DNA of 64,000 bases from an uncultured virus (IMG/VR IMGVR_UViG_3300023081_000006) (lineage: Duplodnaviria; Heunggongvirae; Uroviricota; Caudoviricetes), in the IMG/VR virus record IMGVR_UViG_3300023081_000006; one strand, written 5' to 3'. The notes beneath the pieces were generated by a model, which made no database searches, was not told the DNA's origin, and saw only the letters and a list, made by a program, of their open reading frames with translations. The stretch's first letter is position 1; each line of letters starts with the position of its first letter. The position numbers and the translations under genes are program-made. Shown here piece after piece: positions 17,826 to 27,653 of this stretch.

Positions 17826-20036
17826 TTAGGCTACCATATCCATAAAGGTATTCAAAAACACCTTGTTCTGTACTTTATTCTTGTTGAAATTGCGGAAGCC
17901 TCGGAGAAGATCGCCCTTACTGTTGGATTTCACTTCTAGTTCTGTTTCCTCAATATTGAGCGCTGATCCACCCTTGAGGAGTATCCTGGCATCAAAGCCT
18001 ATAACATCGTTTACAACAAGCATTCCTTTGCTACGACTATCTTTCCAGAGATCCTCAAAATCTGTCCAGGTAGCTTTAGGGTTGTTCATGCGATAGTAAA
18101 TATTAAACTCGTTTTCAACGCAATTCTTATTCCAATGAGTTAGGTAGAAGTTCACAACTCTAGAACCTGTGTATTGCTTGTAAATTTCTAACAAGCAAGC
18201 TGTCTGTTGAGCCCAAGTTCTAGCATAATAGTTATACTTGGAAGTAATGTGAATGCCTTTGTAGCGTGCTGTGACGTTACCTGTGTTCATATAATCTGGA
18301 TATGAACCATCTTCGATTCTATATTTCAAGCTGTCTGTAGCACTGCCGTCTGTAATGAATATGCTATTCAATACCTGTACCTTATGCTTCTGCCTAAACT
18401 CTTTGGCAATTTGCATTCCTAAGATAATTGTAGAATTAAGAGGAGTGCCTGAAAAATCTAGATGTTTGGTAGCAACTTCTGACCAAATTTTCTGATCTCG
18501 GTATGCTTTGCGATTGAGAAAACATTGCTTAAGCAACAGCATGTGTTTCATAGCCATTTTTGTTTGAGAAGCAGACCAAGTAGAATTAAATAACTCTCTT
18601 AGTTTACAGTCTGAAGTCTGTAGACATGCCTCACCAATTTCGGGGGAGTTGGCATATACGTTTTCGCCTTCAGCACCCCAAAGATCTGCTGTAGTAAATC
18701 CATATACTTCATATGGAATGTTTACTTTACGACAGAACATAATTTGAATGAGTAGCTGATCAACGGTGCCTGCAAAGTGATTGTGCATACTACCCGACAT
18801 ATCTACATACATAAGCATGCCGTGATTCTTACCTTCAGGAACCATAGTGGATTGCTTAAACAAATCCTCAGATATTTTGTATGCCCACAGCTTGTTTTCG
18901 TTAAGGTCTCCTGTCTTGCTCATACGAATTTTAGACAGTACCTTTGCTTTGCGCTTCATTTCAAACTGTTGAACCATATGATTAACATGGCTGGTATTAG
19001 TTCTAAGGAACTCTTTGTACAAGTCGTTGCCATAGTCATCGTTATTCATCTTGGTGCCCTGGCGCCATCCATCTGCATAGAAATTGAATGCCTTGTGTAT
19101 ATCACCGTAAATTTCTTTACCTGTAATTAGATGATCTTTCCAGTTTGACATTGTAGGAACATCAAAGTAACTATGCTTTTCGCTTTCTTTCTTAACCAAC
19201 TTGTCTTCGTTCTGACGAAATGCCTCATCTGTAAGTGAAGTTGGCTCGTCGGATCTGATTGCATCTCGAACATTATTAGATGCCATATTGTCCTGTGGCT
19301 CTTCCTCTTCTTCAGACGAGGATTCAGCGTCACCTGAAGTTGAACCTTCTTCCTCGGTCTCTTCTTCTTCGGACTCTTCGTCTTGTTCGCCAAAGTTTGA
19401 AGTCATTTCACCGAAATCTTCTTCGTCTATTTCTTCAAGTTCTTCGTCGCTAAAGTTTGAAGACAAGCTTTCTTTGTCTTTTTCTAGATCTTCTGTAGCC
19501 TGTCCGTATATATCTTGAGCAAGAGCTTCTACGTCTTCCCAAGTTTCGGTTTTCAAACAACGATCTACAAGCAATTGTTCTGCATCTGTAAATTGAATGT
19601 TTAAAAAAGAGCCAACTTTAAAGTGTAGGTTAATCCGATCAATGAGGGGAAGTGTATTGGGGTCTAAATCTTTGACACCGAAAAAGTCTCGATTGAAAAG
19701 TTCTCGATATCCTTCGTAAAAAGACTTAACAAGGCCTGGATACATTGCCTTAATCTTACGTTCAATCCTAGCATCTTCAACAACATTAAGAAAAGGCTTA
19801 AGGCGCTGATCGTCTACAATAGCGTCATGCCAACCTTGTTGAGGAGTGTTGAGTGCGTGGGATACTTCGTGTCCTACAAGCAGATCGTACAAGGAAGCGT
19901 TGATGTCGCCCCAATTAGGTAATACGATTTTACGAGTTTTGAGATCAAAAGCTGCGGTAGGGACATTACGATGTTCAATCTTAAGGTCCTCGGTCGCTAA
20001 CAGCTTTGCTAATATTGATTTTGTTTCTATTAACAT
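17826..20036 (-). CDS. CobT-like protein: N-terminal HExxH domain, acidic linker, C-terminal vWA domain
   Basis: HEVSH, NVVEDARIE, E/D-rich linker, DMSGSM MIDAS motif, GTPL, ITDG. Confidence 0.88.
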   Translation of the reverse strand: MLIETKSILAKLLATEDLKIEHRNVPTAAFDLKTRKIVLPNWGDINASLYDLLVGHEVSHALNTPQQGWHDAIVDDQRLKPFLNVVEDARIERKIKAMYPGLVKSFYEGYRELFNRDFFGVKDLDPNTLPLIDRINLHFKVGSFLNIQFTDAEQLLVDRCLKTETWEDVEALAQDIYGQATEDLEKDKESLSSNFSDEELEEIDEEDFGEMTSNFGEQDEESEEEETEEEGSTSGDAESSSEEEEEPQDNMASNNVRDAIRSDEPTSLTDEAFRQNEDKLVKKESEKHSYFDVPTMSNWKDHLITGKEIYGDIHKAFNFYADGWRQGTKMNNDDYGNDLYKEFLRTNTSHVNHMVQQFEMKRKAKVLSKIRMSKTGDLNENKLWAYKISEDLFKQSTMVPEGKNHGMLMYVDMSGSMHNHFAGTVDQLLIQIMFCRKVNIPYEVYGFTTADLWGAEGENVYANSPEIGEACLQTSDCKLRELFNSTWSASQTKMAMKHMLLLKQCFLNRKAYRDQKIWSEVATKHLDFSGTPLNSTIILGMQIAKEFRQKHKVQVLNSIFITDGSATDSLKYRIEDGSYPDYMNTGNVTARYKGIHITSKYNYYARTWAQQTACLLEIYKQYTGSRVVNFYLTHWNKNCVENEFNIYYRMNNPKATWTDFEDLWKDSRSKGMLVVNDVIGFDARILLKGGSALNIEETELEVKSNSKGDLLRGFRNFNKNKVQNKVFLNTFMDMVA

Positions 20037-20069
20037 ATTAAGAATGTCCTCACATTTCTATATTATGTC

Positions 20070-20120
20070 TATATGATAGCACCTTTTACGCTAAAAGTCA
20101 AGCATTTTTTTGACTTTTTT
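20070..20120 (-). repeat. 51 bp promoter cassette, copy 2
   Basis: Identical to 17745-17795. Confidence 0.9.
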
Positions 20121-20140
20121 TGCCTAATAAAATCAAGCAC

Positions 20141-20500
20141 TTAGTGCTGATGATCGCAGTCTTTATGCTTTAGGGCTTCAATTGCTACCTTTCCGCACCC
20201 TTGATATCCTGCCCACTGTGAGCTACAAGGGAACGCATTGGAGTATGCCTCATAATGGCTATGGGCACGTCTTCGGTAAGTGTAATGTGTATGATGCGGA
20301 TTAGGTACCACTACAGTATGTCCATCTACAATAACTACCGTGCTAGAGTTACCATGGTGATGATGGTCTTCTCGACGTTCCAAAGCTTTTCCAATAAAAA
20401 CTCCGCCGATAACACCGGCAATGACATCTTTAGTGTCTGCCGCTTCTGCCGGCAATGTTATTAAAGATGCTGCTAGACCTGCAATAACTAATTTTTTCAT
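20141..20500 (-). CDS. Exported His-rich protein
   Basis: Signal peptide MKKLVIAGLAASLITLPAEA, glycine-zipper-like helix, 13 His and 3 Cys. Confidence 0.7.
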   Translation of the reverse strand: MKKLVIAGLAASLITLPAEAADTKDVIAGVIGGVFIGKALERREDHHHHGNSSTVVIVDGHTVVVPNPHHTHYTYRRRAHSHYEAYSNAFPCSSQWAGYQGCGKVAIEALKHKDCDHQH

Positions 20501-20524
20501 AAAAATCTCCTAATTAGTTTGTAT

Positions 20525-20553
20525 ATAATAAATGTTTTAATACCATTTGTCAA
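20525..20553 (-). promoter_or_regulatory. Sigma70-type promoter
   Basis: TTGACA-17 bp-TATTAT. Confidence 0.8.
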
Positions 20554-20571
20554 TACACAAGGAGACCAAAA

Positions 20572-21018
20572 TTAAACGTTTTCCAATCTAACCATTAAGC
20601 GTTCTGCTCTATTACTTACCTGCTTATGCCAGCGACTGTCTCTACCTTCTACTGCGGCGGTCTTCCAATCCCCTTTGACTAACGCTTCATTCATTTTTTT
20701 AAACTTGCTTAATCTTGTTCTACCCATGTTGAACATCATATTAACTAGAATTTGTTGAACTTCGTCTGGAAAATCTCCAAAACACCCTTCGCCGTATAAA
20801 GCGTTACACTCTCCGATGGCAAGGTCCAAATCTCTATCAAATACTTCCCGGACTCTTTCCTCGTCCACTGGAGTTCCAACCTCTTTTCCGAATTCCGGGT
20901 CACCCTCAATGATGAGGTGTCCGACTCCGAAAGTAGGATATCCGAGGTGGTCTTTGTATACTTCATATACTACTCCCTCGTCTATCTTTAACTGTTCAAA
21001 TACTGCTTCTCGGTTCAT
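20572..21018 (-). CDS. T4-type lysozyme (GH24)
   Basis: DEG...YKDHLGYPTFGVGH (E-D-T triad), NMMFNMG, DSRW. Confidence 0.92.
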   Translation of the reverse strand: MNREAVFEQLKIDEGVVYEVYKDHLGYPTFGVGHLIIEGDPEFGKEVGTPVDEERVREVFDRDLDLAIGECNALYGEGCFGDFPDEVQQILVNMMFNMGRTRLSKFKKMNEALVKGDWKTAAVEGRDSRWHKQVSNRAERLMVRLENV

Positions 21019-21713
21019 GTACTGCTCCTTTTAAACCTGTATACTGTTAAACCACCATTCCGGTAATTTAATATATTTTTTAAATTTACAAAATTGTTCT
21101 TCTTACTAGGATGTATTTCTATAACATCAAAGTCAGAGAAATAACCTATAAATTCTTTATTGGAAAAACTTGTTTCAAACGGTGCCTCTTCTTGATCTTT
21201 TCTTAAAAGTTCTGATCTGTATTTTACGTTAATAATTTTTTTGACAATCTTTCCAAATTTATTATAAACACCTAACACCAAAGTTCCTTCCTGTGATAAC
21301 ATGCTTTTTATTTTTATAATAGCATCGTAATACATTGGCATATGATGTATTACTCCATTACTTATAATACAATCATATTTTTTACGTTTATCAAAATCAA
21401 AAAAGTTTTTCTTTTCATAAACTACATTTTTTAATTTGTGTTTTTTACTAAACTCTTTTGCATAATCAATTGAATCACTGAAGTCTACGCCAAGAAACTT
21501 TTTACTAGGATATTTATATGCCAAGTAGTTTGTTATAAACCCTGTACCACAACCTATATCTAAAATATTTTCTTTATCCTGTATAGCACGTTCGTACATG
21601 GATAAAAATTTATTGGTGTATCCATTGTTATAGTAATCAAAGTTATCTATTGTATATGGTCCAGGAAACTTTATTTTACTATAAAAGTCCTTGACCTCAT
21701 TTTCAAGGTTCAT
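21015..21713 (-). CDS. Class I SAM-dependent methyltransferase
   Basis: ILDIGCGTG, GVDFS, GVIHH. Confidence 0.88.
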   Translation of the reverse strand: MNLENEVKDFYSKIKFPGPYTIDNFDYYNNGYTNKFLSMYERAIQDKENILDIGCGTGFITNYLAYKYPSKKFLGVDFSDSIDYAKEFSKKHKLKNVVYEKKNFFDFDKRKKYDCIISNGVIHHMPMYYDAIIKIKSMLSQEGTLVLGVYNKFGKIVKKIINVKYRSELLRKDQEEAPFETSFSNKEFIGYFSDFDVIEIHPSKKNNFVNLKNILNYRNGGLTVYRFKRSST

Positions 21714-22270
21714 TTTTTCTTTGTGCCACTTTTATTTCTTTTTTCCAAACGTTTAATCACTTCATTGGCATCCATCCAAAAGTCTTTTCCTTCCACAACT
21801 TGATCTATCTCAGTTTTAGTCATAAACCCTGAGTAAACGCTATGTAATAAATTATTAGCCCAAGCGTGTTCAGCAAGTGCTCTTGAAATTAATTCGTTTC
21901 CTTTACCCCAATTACCTGCTGAATAATTATGAATTAGAAACTGAGAATGTTCTGAAACCTCGCAAACATCTGCCGTTAAAAATAAGAATGTTGCTGCTGA
22001 CATGCAGGCTCCTTCTACAGAAGCAACCACGGTTCCTTTACATTCGCCTATTGCTCGCATCAACTGTATGGTTGTCATTATATCACCACCATAACAATTA
22101 ATATGAAAAATTATGTAATCGTTTTCGCCTGCTGATCTAATAGACTGATTCCATAACACATAATCTTTAGGGCTTTCTATTGTATCGTTTAGATAAAAAT
22201 CTAAAACTCTACCACCTGTTCTTTCAAAAATTCCTGCTTCTACATTTACATTGACATTAGATTCGTTCAT
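21710..22270 (-). CDS. ClpP-like serine protease
   Basis: INCYGG, CMSAAT (catalytic Ser), LIHN, DFWM. Confidence 0.85.
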   Translation of the reverse strand: MNESNVNVNVEAGIFERTGGRVLDFYLNDTIESPKDYVLWNQSIRSAGENDYIIFHINCYGGDIMTTIQLMRAIGECKGTVVASVEGACMSAATFLFLTADVCEVSEHSQFLIHNYSAGNWGKGNELISRALAEHAWANNLLHSVYSGFMTKTEIDQVVEGKDFWMDANEVIKRLEKRNKSGTKKK

Positions 22271-22628
22271 AGTATCTAGTTACCGCCTTAATTTTTTCAA
22301 TTTGTTTATCTATAACAGCCGTTCTATTGGGCCAGTGGATATATTCCTTTTCAGGATTCTTTTGTAGATTATATAGTAACGGTAATATCAAATCCTCAAC
22401 CTGCTTTAATTTAGAAGACACATCTCCTTCTAATAAAGTTCTGTGCTCGTTAATCATATCAGAATTGTCTGAGGATAAAACAAGACCTTCTAGTCTTTCT
22501 AATTTATCTAAAATAATTTGTAATTGGCTGTCATCAATATTAGCTGTAACAGGTCCTGTAGGTTCCGTTATTGTTGTTGGAATATCATCTACAGCTGTAA
22601 AGCCAAAGTCAAACATATCATCTGCCAT
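22257..22628 (-). CDS. Conserved hypothetical protein
   Basis: FDFGFTAVD, NPEKEYIHWPNR; type seen in T4-like aquatic phages. Confidence 0.7.
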   Translation of the reverse strand: MADDMFDFGFTAVDDIPTTITEPTGPVTANIDDSQLQIILDKLERLEGLVLSSDNSDMINEHRTLLEGDVSSKLKQVEDLILPLLYNLQKNPEKEYIHWPNRTAVIDKQIEKIKAVTRYYERI

Positions 22629-22629
22629 C

Positions 22630-23169
22630 TTAGACTCCTTTTATATTATTTATGTTCCTTTTGAAACGCTTAATTTTTTTGTCTAAGGCTTTTAATGCTC
22701 TGTCAAGTTTAAATTTAGATACTCGCATTGTAAAATTTTTACCTAACATGTGATCGTATTCGTGTAAGGCAATTCTTCCTGCAAGTGATTTGAATGTTTC
22801 AAAGACTTCTTTACCTTCAGTGTCTGTATATCTAAAGGTTGCTTCAGTTGGCCTGTTTACATGTAACCACAATCCAGGAAAGGACAAACACCCCTCTTTT
22901 TCTATAGATGTTTCATCACTTACAGATACTAGCAAAGGATTAAATAGAATACGATTAAAGCCTTCCGCTTGAGGAATATTAATAGTAAAGACTGCCATAT
23001 CTAATCCTACTTGGTTAGCTGAGAGTCCTGCACCATTGAGCTCTTGTGTTCTCTCTAAAAGAACCTTTGCTACTTCTTTAGCATCGTGTTCCTCATAATT
23101 GAAAGGACTAGGAGTCTTTCTTAATAGCTCATGTCCAAAAGGCAGTAATTGTAATTCTTCTTTATTCAT
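22630..23169 (-). CDS. def: Peptide deformylase
   Basis: GAGLSANQVG, EGCLS, HEYDH. Confidence 0.96.
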   Translation of the reverse strand: MNKEELQLLPFGHELLRKTPSPFNYEEHDAKEVAKVLLERTQELNGAGLSANQVGLDMAVFTINIPQAEGFNRILFNPLLVSVSDETSIEKEGCLSFPGLWLHVNRPTEATFRYTDTEGKEVFETFKSLAGRIALHEYDHMLGKNFTMRVSKFKLDRALKALDKKIKRFKRNINNIKGV

Positions 23170-23392
23170 CTAAAAATTCTCTAAACTCTTTATAGCCTCC
23201 GATATGCTTTTCATCTTCTCCAACACAGATTTGCGGAAAGGTTCTAGCATCTGGAAACTTTTCAGAGAACTCTTCCATTGTATAGTCAGCATCTAATAAA
23301 AGATACTCTGTGTCAAACCCTTTCATGTTGCTTGTCATCTTTGCCTGATCACAAAATGTGCAACGCAATTTACCATAAATTTTAACTTTCAT
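23162..23392 (-). CDS. Glutaredoxin
   Basis: CTFC, TFPQI, IGGY. Confidence 0.92.
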   Translation of the reverse strand: MKVKIYGKLRCTFCDQAKMTSNMKGFDTEYLLLDADYTMEEFSEKFPDARTFPQICVGEDEKHIGGYKEFREFLDE

Positions 23393-23400
23393 ATAATACC

Positions 23401-25071
23401 TTATACCATAACAGAATAATTTTGTTTTTTCTCAAATCTAATTACACTTCTAAACTTGTCAAACAACTGATCACCTTTATGACTTATGACAAAGACATGT
23501 GTGTCTTCGCCTATTGTATTTAATAACTGCATGACATAATCTGTTCCATTTATATCTAGAGAGCTATCAAAAACCTCATCCAATAAAAGTAGATTCGTAC
23601 TAGCACTATTTTTCATCTTTGCTATTGTTCGCCAAGTAAATACAAGTGCTAAGTCAATACGTTGTTTTTCACCTTCACTAAATGAAGCGTAACTAAATTT
23701 ATCTCGATGTCTGGACTTAATAGTTTCTTTAAATGTTTCATCTAAATCAAACTGTACGAAAAAGTCCATTGCTGCTAAGTATTTATTAACTAATTTATTA
23801 ATAACAGGTAAATATTGTCTAATAATCTTAGTTTTAATACCAGAATCCTTTAACAAAGAACTTGCTATATCGTGATAATGTTTATCTTCATTCAAAGAAC
23901 TTTTTTCATTTGACTTTCCTACAACATTTTTAGCAAGTTCTTTTAACTTCTTTTTCTCGTCATCAATGTCTGCAACCTGAGTGGTTACTTCATTCTTTTC
24001 AATAGTCAGACGCTGTATTGTTCTTTGGTCTGCAATAATAGAGTTTTGTGTATCTTGTATCTTACTTTCAATATCACACCACTCCTCATACAATTTATCA
24101 AGTTCCTCTAACTTAACATCTAAATCTGTTAGAGCATTTTCAAATTCTTCTACAGACTTTATTTTTTCATCTGTAATTTTTTGCCTGTGTTCATGTGGAA
24201 TACCTTGTTTACAAGTAGGACACTCCTCATTATCAGAATAGAAATTTAATTCTGTTTTTGCTTCTGAGAGTTTTCTTGTAATTTGTTTTCTGTATTCATT
24301 AAACTTTGAGGCTCTTTTTGTAACATCTCCCAATGAAGTCTTCTTCTCTGTGAGATTTTCAACCTGTTCTGTAAGTGTATTAATTGTCTCTTGCGTTGCA
24401 TCTATATCCTCTTGTATTTTGCTAACACGATTCTTTTTATTTGTCTCTAAAGTATCTATATATTTCTTCTGTAGTGTTGCCTTCTCTTTAGCAATCTCAA
24501 TCTCACCTTCTAGAAAACGTAGCTTCTCTTTTAAGCTATCCATTTTTTGTTTCAACACTTTATTCATTGTTGTAAAAATTTGGATATCTAATATATCCTC
24601 AATAATTTCTCTTCTAGCACCTAAATGTAATTGCATAAAAGGTGTGAACGAAGCACTACCCAAGACACTTATCTGTGTAAAAGATTTGTAATTTAGTTTT
24701 AAGATGCCTTCTTCTAGATACTTTTGATAGTCCCTAACGTTGGCGTCCTGATTTACTCTTTCACCATTAACTTCTATTTCAAAAATACTGGGAGATGCTC
24801 CTCGCCTAACTAGGTATTTGTTCTTGCCTATCTCAAACTCAACTTCCACCATAAGTTTTTTCTTATTAATAGAATTGATGAGCTGTGGTTTGGATATATT
24901 TCTAAAGGGCTTGTTAAACAATGCGTAAGTTAGAGCATCTAGAAGTGTAGACTTACCACTTCCGTTGTCACCCACAATTAATGTATTAGGACTTCTATCT
25001 AAAAGGATTTCTGTAAAAGAATTTCCTGTAGATAGAAAGTTTTTCCAGCGTACCTTCTTAAAATAAATCAC
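23401..25071 (-). CDS. gp46: Recombination endonuclease ATPase subunit (Rad50/SbcC-like)
   Basis: GDNGSGKS, CPTC hook, FSEGE, LDEVFD. Confidence 0.97.
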   Translation of the reverse strand: MIYFKKVRWKNFLSTGNSFTEILLDRSPNTLIVGDNGSGKSTLLDALTYALFNKPFRNISKPQLINSINKKKLMVEVEFEIGKNKYLVRRGASPSIFEIEVNGERVNQDANVRDYQKYLEEGILKLNYKSFTQISVLGSASFTPFMQLHLGARREIIEDILDIQIFTTMNKVLKQKMDSLKEKLRFLEGEIEIAKEKATLQKKYIDTLETNKKNRVSKIQEDIDATQETINTLTEQVENLTEKKTSLGDVTKRASKFNEYRKQITRKLSEAKTELNFYSDNEECPTCKQGIPHEHRQKITDEKIKSVEEFENALTDLDVKLEELDKLYEEWCDIESKIQDTQNSIIADQRTIQRLTIEKNEVTTQVADIDDEKKKLKELAKNVVGKSNEKSSLNEDKHYHDIASSLLKDSGIKTKIIRQYLPVINKLVNKYLAAMDFFVQFDLDETFKETIKSRHRDKFSYASFSEGEKQRIDLALVFTWRTIAKMKNSASTNLLLLDEVFDSSLDINGTDYVMQLLNTIGEDTHVFVISHKGDQLFDKFRSVIRFEKKQNYSVMV

Positions 25072-26123
25072 TCGAAATCTTGTGCCTCAATGTATAAAGT
25101 CTGTAAAAGATTTTTTAATCTTTCTTTGTCTGCATCTGTTGACACCGTATCTACATATTCTTTTAGCAATGTCATCGTGTCTTCTAAGTTGATATCTTCG
25201 CCTATAGCCTCGTCCTCAAACTCAGAAAAGTCTTCAATAATTTTTAACTCTATTGGATTTTGTTGATATAGATTATCTATAAAAGAATCAAATTTAGCAA
25301 AGTCTGTTTTCTTAGTAACAATTACCTTTAAACAGCTGCCACTAAAAACATTATAATCACAACTGTCAGAAACGCAAGAGTCTCCACTATCGTCATAGTA
25401 TAATTTATGGAACATCCTAAACGGGTTATTAACATATTCAAGCTCTGCTTTATGCGTGTCAAATATGGCAAATCCTCTTGGGTCTTCGTAGTCCGACCAC
25501 GTGATCTCGTAAGGGTTGCCCATGTATGTGATATTACCTCTGCTATGCCTATGATGAAAATGCCCACTAACCACAAGCTCAAAATTATGAAAGCTAGAAG
25601 GGTCCATACCATGAGGATTAGGCATGCCAGGAAGCATGTCATAACCTGCGAACTCAAAATGCCCGAAGCAAGTCCTCGCGCGCGTGTTTTTAATCTGTTC
25701 CATTGATTGTTCATAGTTTTCCCCGCATATCCAAGGCATCATTAAAACTAGATGCCCATCTAAGTCAACTACCTCAGGTTCCTGGTGTATGATTATGTTA
25801 TCATACTCTTGTAATAACAAGTTAGGAGAGTTGACATCGTTTGTGTTTTTATAATAAGTGTCGTGATTGCCAGGAATCATATGAATATCAATACCTAAGT
25901 CCCTGGCTTTGTCAAAGAAATATTCCTTACAAGACTTTAGTGTATTGTAATTTATATATTTTCGTCTGTCGAACGTGTCTCCCAGATCGAAAATAGTTTT
26001 AATGCCATGTTCTTCTAAATAGGGGAAAAAAGTTTTTTCATAAAACTTTCTAAAGTAGGCATCAAACTGTATATTATCGCTTCTTGCACCAAAGTGCAAG
26101 TCCGTAATTAGAGCAACCTTCAT
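25068..26123 (-). CDS. gp47: Recombination endonuclease subunit (Mre11/SbcD-like)
   Basis: TDLHFG, GDTFD, GNHD, SGHFH. Confidence 0.97.
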   Translation of the reverse strand: MKVALITDLHFGARSDNIQFDAYFRKFYEKTFFPYLEEHGIKTIFDLGDTFDRRKYINYNTLKSCKEYFFDKARDLGIDIHMIPGNHDTYYKNTNDVNSPNLLLQEYDNIIIHQEPEVVDLDGHLVLMMPWICGENYEQSMEQIKNTRARTCFGHFEFAGYDMLPGMPNPHGMDPSSFHNFELVVSGHFHHRHSRGNITYMGNPYEITWSDYEDPRGFAIFDTHKAELEYVNNPFRMFHKLYYDDSGDSCVSDSCDYNVFSGSCLKVIVTKKTDFAKFDSFIDNLYQQNPIELKIIEDFSEFEDEAIGEDINLEDTMTLLKEYVDTVSTDADKERLKNLLQTLYIEAQDFE

Positions 26124-26578
26124 TAATCAATCTCATATATCGCCGAGTTGGCTCCGTGCTCACTAACTTCACAAGATACACAATAGCATCTACCATTAGT
26201 TATATCTTTTACTAACCCATCTGCATACCAAAATGCTTGTTCTGCAAACTTTTCACACCCAACACCTGGTAAGACATTTACTACTGCAAGTCCTTTGTCT
26301 TGTAATGACATCAATTCTTTTATTTCTGGATCGTCTTTGTCTACAACAAGAGTATGATCAAAATTATTTTTTAGCCATTCCTTTAAAGGCTTTAACCCAC
26401 CAAAGTCTACTGCCCAGTTCTTATCATCAAGTGCATGCGTTCCAAACTTAAATTTAAAAGATAGTGCGTAACCATGCAACAAAGAACAATGACTGTGTGT
26501 AGCATTGGGTTGTCTGAAGACACAGGAAAGTCCTTCATTGTGTCCGTATGTTTTTGTTGACAAATGTCTATGTTGCAT
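26123..26578 (-). CDS. queD: 6-carboxy-5,6,7,8-tetrahydropterin synthase
   Basis: CSLLHGY, VDFG, FDH, VSEH. Confidence 0.9.
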   Translation of the reverse strand: MQHRHLSTKTYGHNEGLSCVFRQPNATHSHCSLLHGYALSFKFKFGTHALDDKNWAVDFGGLKPLKEWLKNNFDHTLVVDKDDPEIKELMSLQDKGLAVVNVLPGVGCEKFAEQAFWYADGLVKDITNGRCYCVSCEVSEHGANSAIYEID

Positions 26579-27653
26579 TTATTGCTCCTAAATTTTTATA
26601 TATGTTGTTTGCTGAGAAATATTCCTCAGAAAGGTGTTGTTTAGTAGTTTCAATTGCCGTTTGTACTTCTTCACTATCAAAGTTTTCAATCAACCATTGT
26701 AACTTTTCCTTCATAGGAGTTTTATATTCTACTAAAAAGTTTTTAGCATTCGTTGTCCATTCTGAAGGATATTTAAAAATATCTGGATACATTTCAGTAT
26801 AACTTAGTCTATCGGGAACCAAAGGTATTCCACCTGCGTGCAATATTTCATAACAGCTTATACCCAATGTTTCCTGTAAGTTTGCTGAGAAAACAACCTT
26901 GGACCTTGCCAACAATTTGTGATAAGCATCCTTAGTTAAGTTTTTATCTTGGCATGTAATAAATTCATATTCACTTTCCCAAGACAGTGCATTAAAAATA
27001 TCTACTTGCTTTTCGGGTGCTAACCTGTGAGGAAAAAGAACAATGTTTTCTTTTTGTTCTGCAGGCTGAATTTGCTCTGAGACATATTCCATAGGCCAAC
27101 CAGCTCTAGTAACTTTACCACTCGGCATGTATCTAATTCTACCCGTTCTTTCATCTACATCTAATAAGTTTTCAAAGAACATCCTAATGTGAAAGTCTGT
27201 AGCAAAGTAATTGAAATCGATTGCCTCAAATAAAGACTTTTCAAAGTTTCTTACCCAACGAGCATCGCCTATAAGTCTGCCTAAAAAGTCTGCGGGGTCA
27301 TAACTACCAGCATGCCAAAGTGCATGTATTTTAATTGGAACATTTAACAGTTCCGACATATATTTTAGATTAATAATACCTGGATGCCAAGCATCAGCAA
27401 AAACAAAATGATCGCCAGGATTAATTTCGTTGTTAGAGAATAATTTAGAAAACTTTTCTACCTGTACAGATTTATATACATTAGTTCCAGAAAAGTTTAA
27501 GAATGCACCAGGTGTTGTACATGCCGCAATGTGTTCAGGACCATCAATTACTGTAACTTCAAGTCCCTGTTCTTTTATCATTTTAGGAAAGTGTTCTTTC
27601 CACTGAGAAGTATATCTACTCTCTACACTTTCTAAATCAATTAAATAAATCAT
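26568..27653 (-). CDS. GT-B fold glycosyltransferase
   Basis: FPHRLAPEKQ, QETLGISCYE (E-x7-E), VPDRLSYTE. Confidence 0.82.
   Translation of the reverse strand: MIYLIDLESVESRYTSQWKEHFPKMIKEQGLEVTVIDGPEHIAACTTPGAFLNFSGTNVYKSVQVEKFSKLFSNNEINPGDHFVFADAWHPGIINLKYMSELLNVPIKIHALWHAGSYDPADFLGRLIGDARWVRNFEKSLFEAIDFNYFATDFHIRMFFENLLDVDERTGRIRYMPSGKVTRAGWPMEYVSEQIQPAEQKENIVLFPHRLAPEKQVDIFNALSWESEYEFITCQDKNLTKDAYHKLLARSKVVFSANLQETLGISCYEILHAGGIPLVPDRLSYTEMYPDIFKYPSEWTTNAKNFLVEYKTPMKEKLQWLIENFDSEEVQTAIETTKQHLSEEYFSANNIYKNLGAINAT

Noticed and set aside
16532..20036. Cobalamin biosynthesis genes
   Set aside because: No cobN or other cob genes in the window; a generic MoxR/vWA pair explains the motifs.
21511..21518. 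Intragenic TATAAATA upstream of the lysozyme (similar hits at 33929-33936 and 46733-46740)
   Set aside because: An all-AT 8-mer occurs by chance in this AT-rich DNA, so only gene-boundary copies were annotated; the 46733 copy before gp16 remains plausible.
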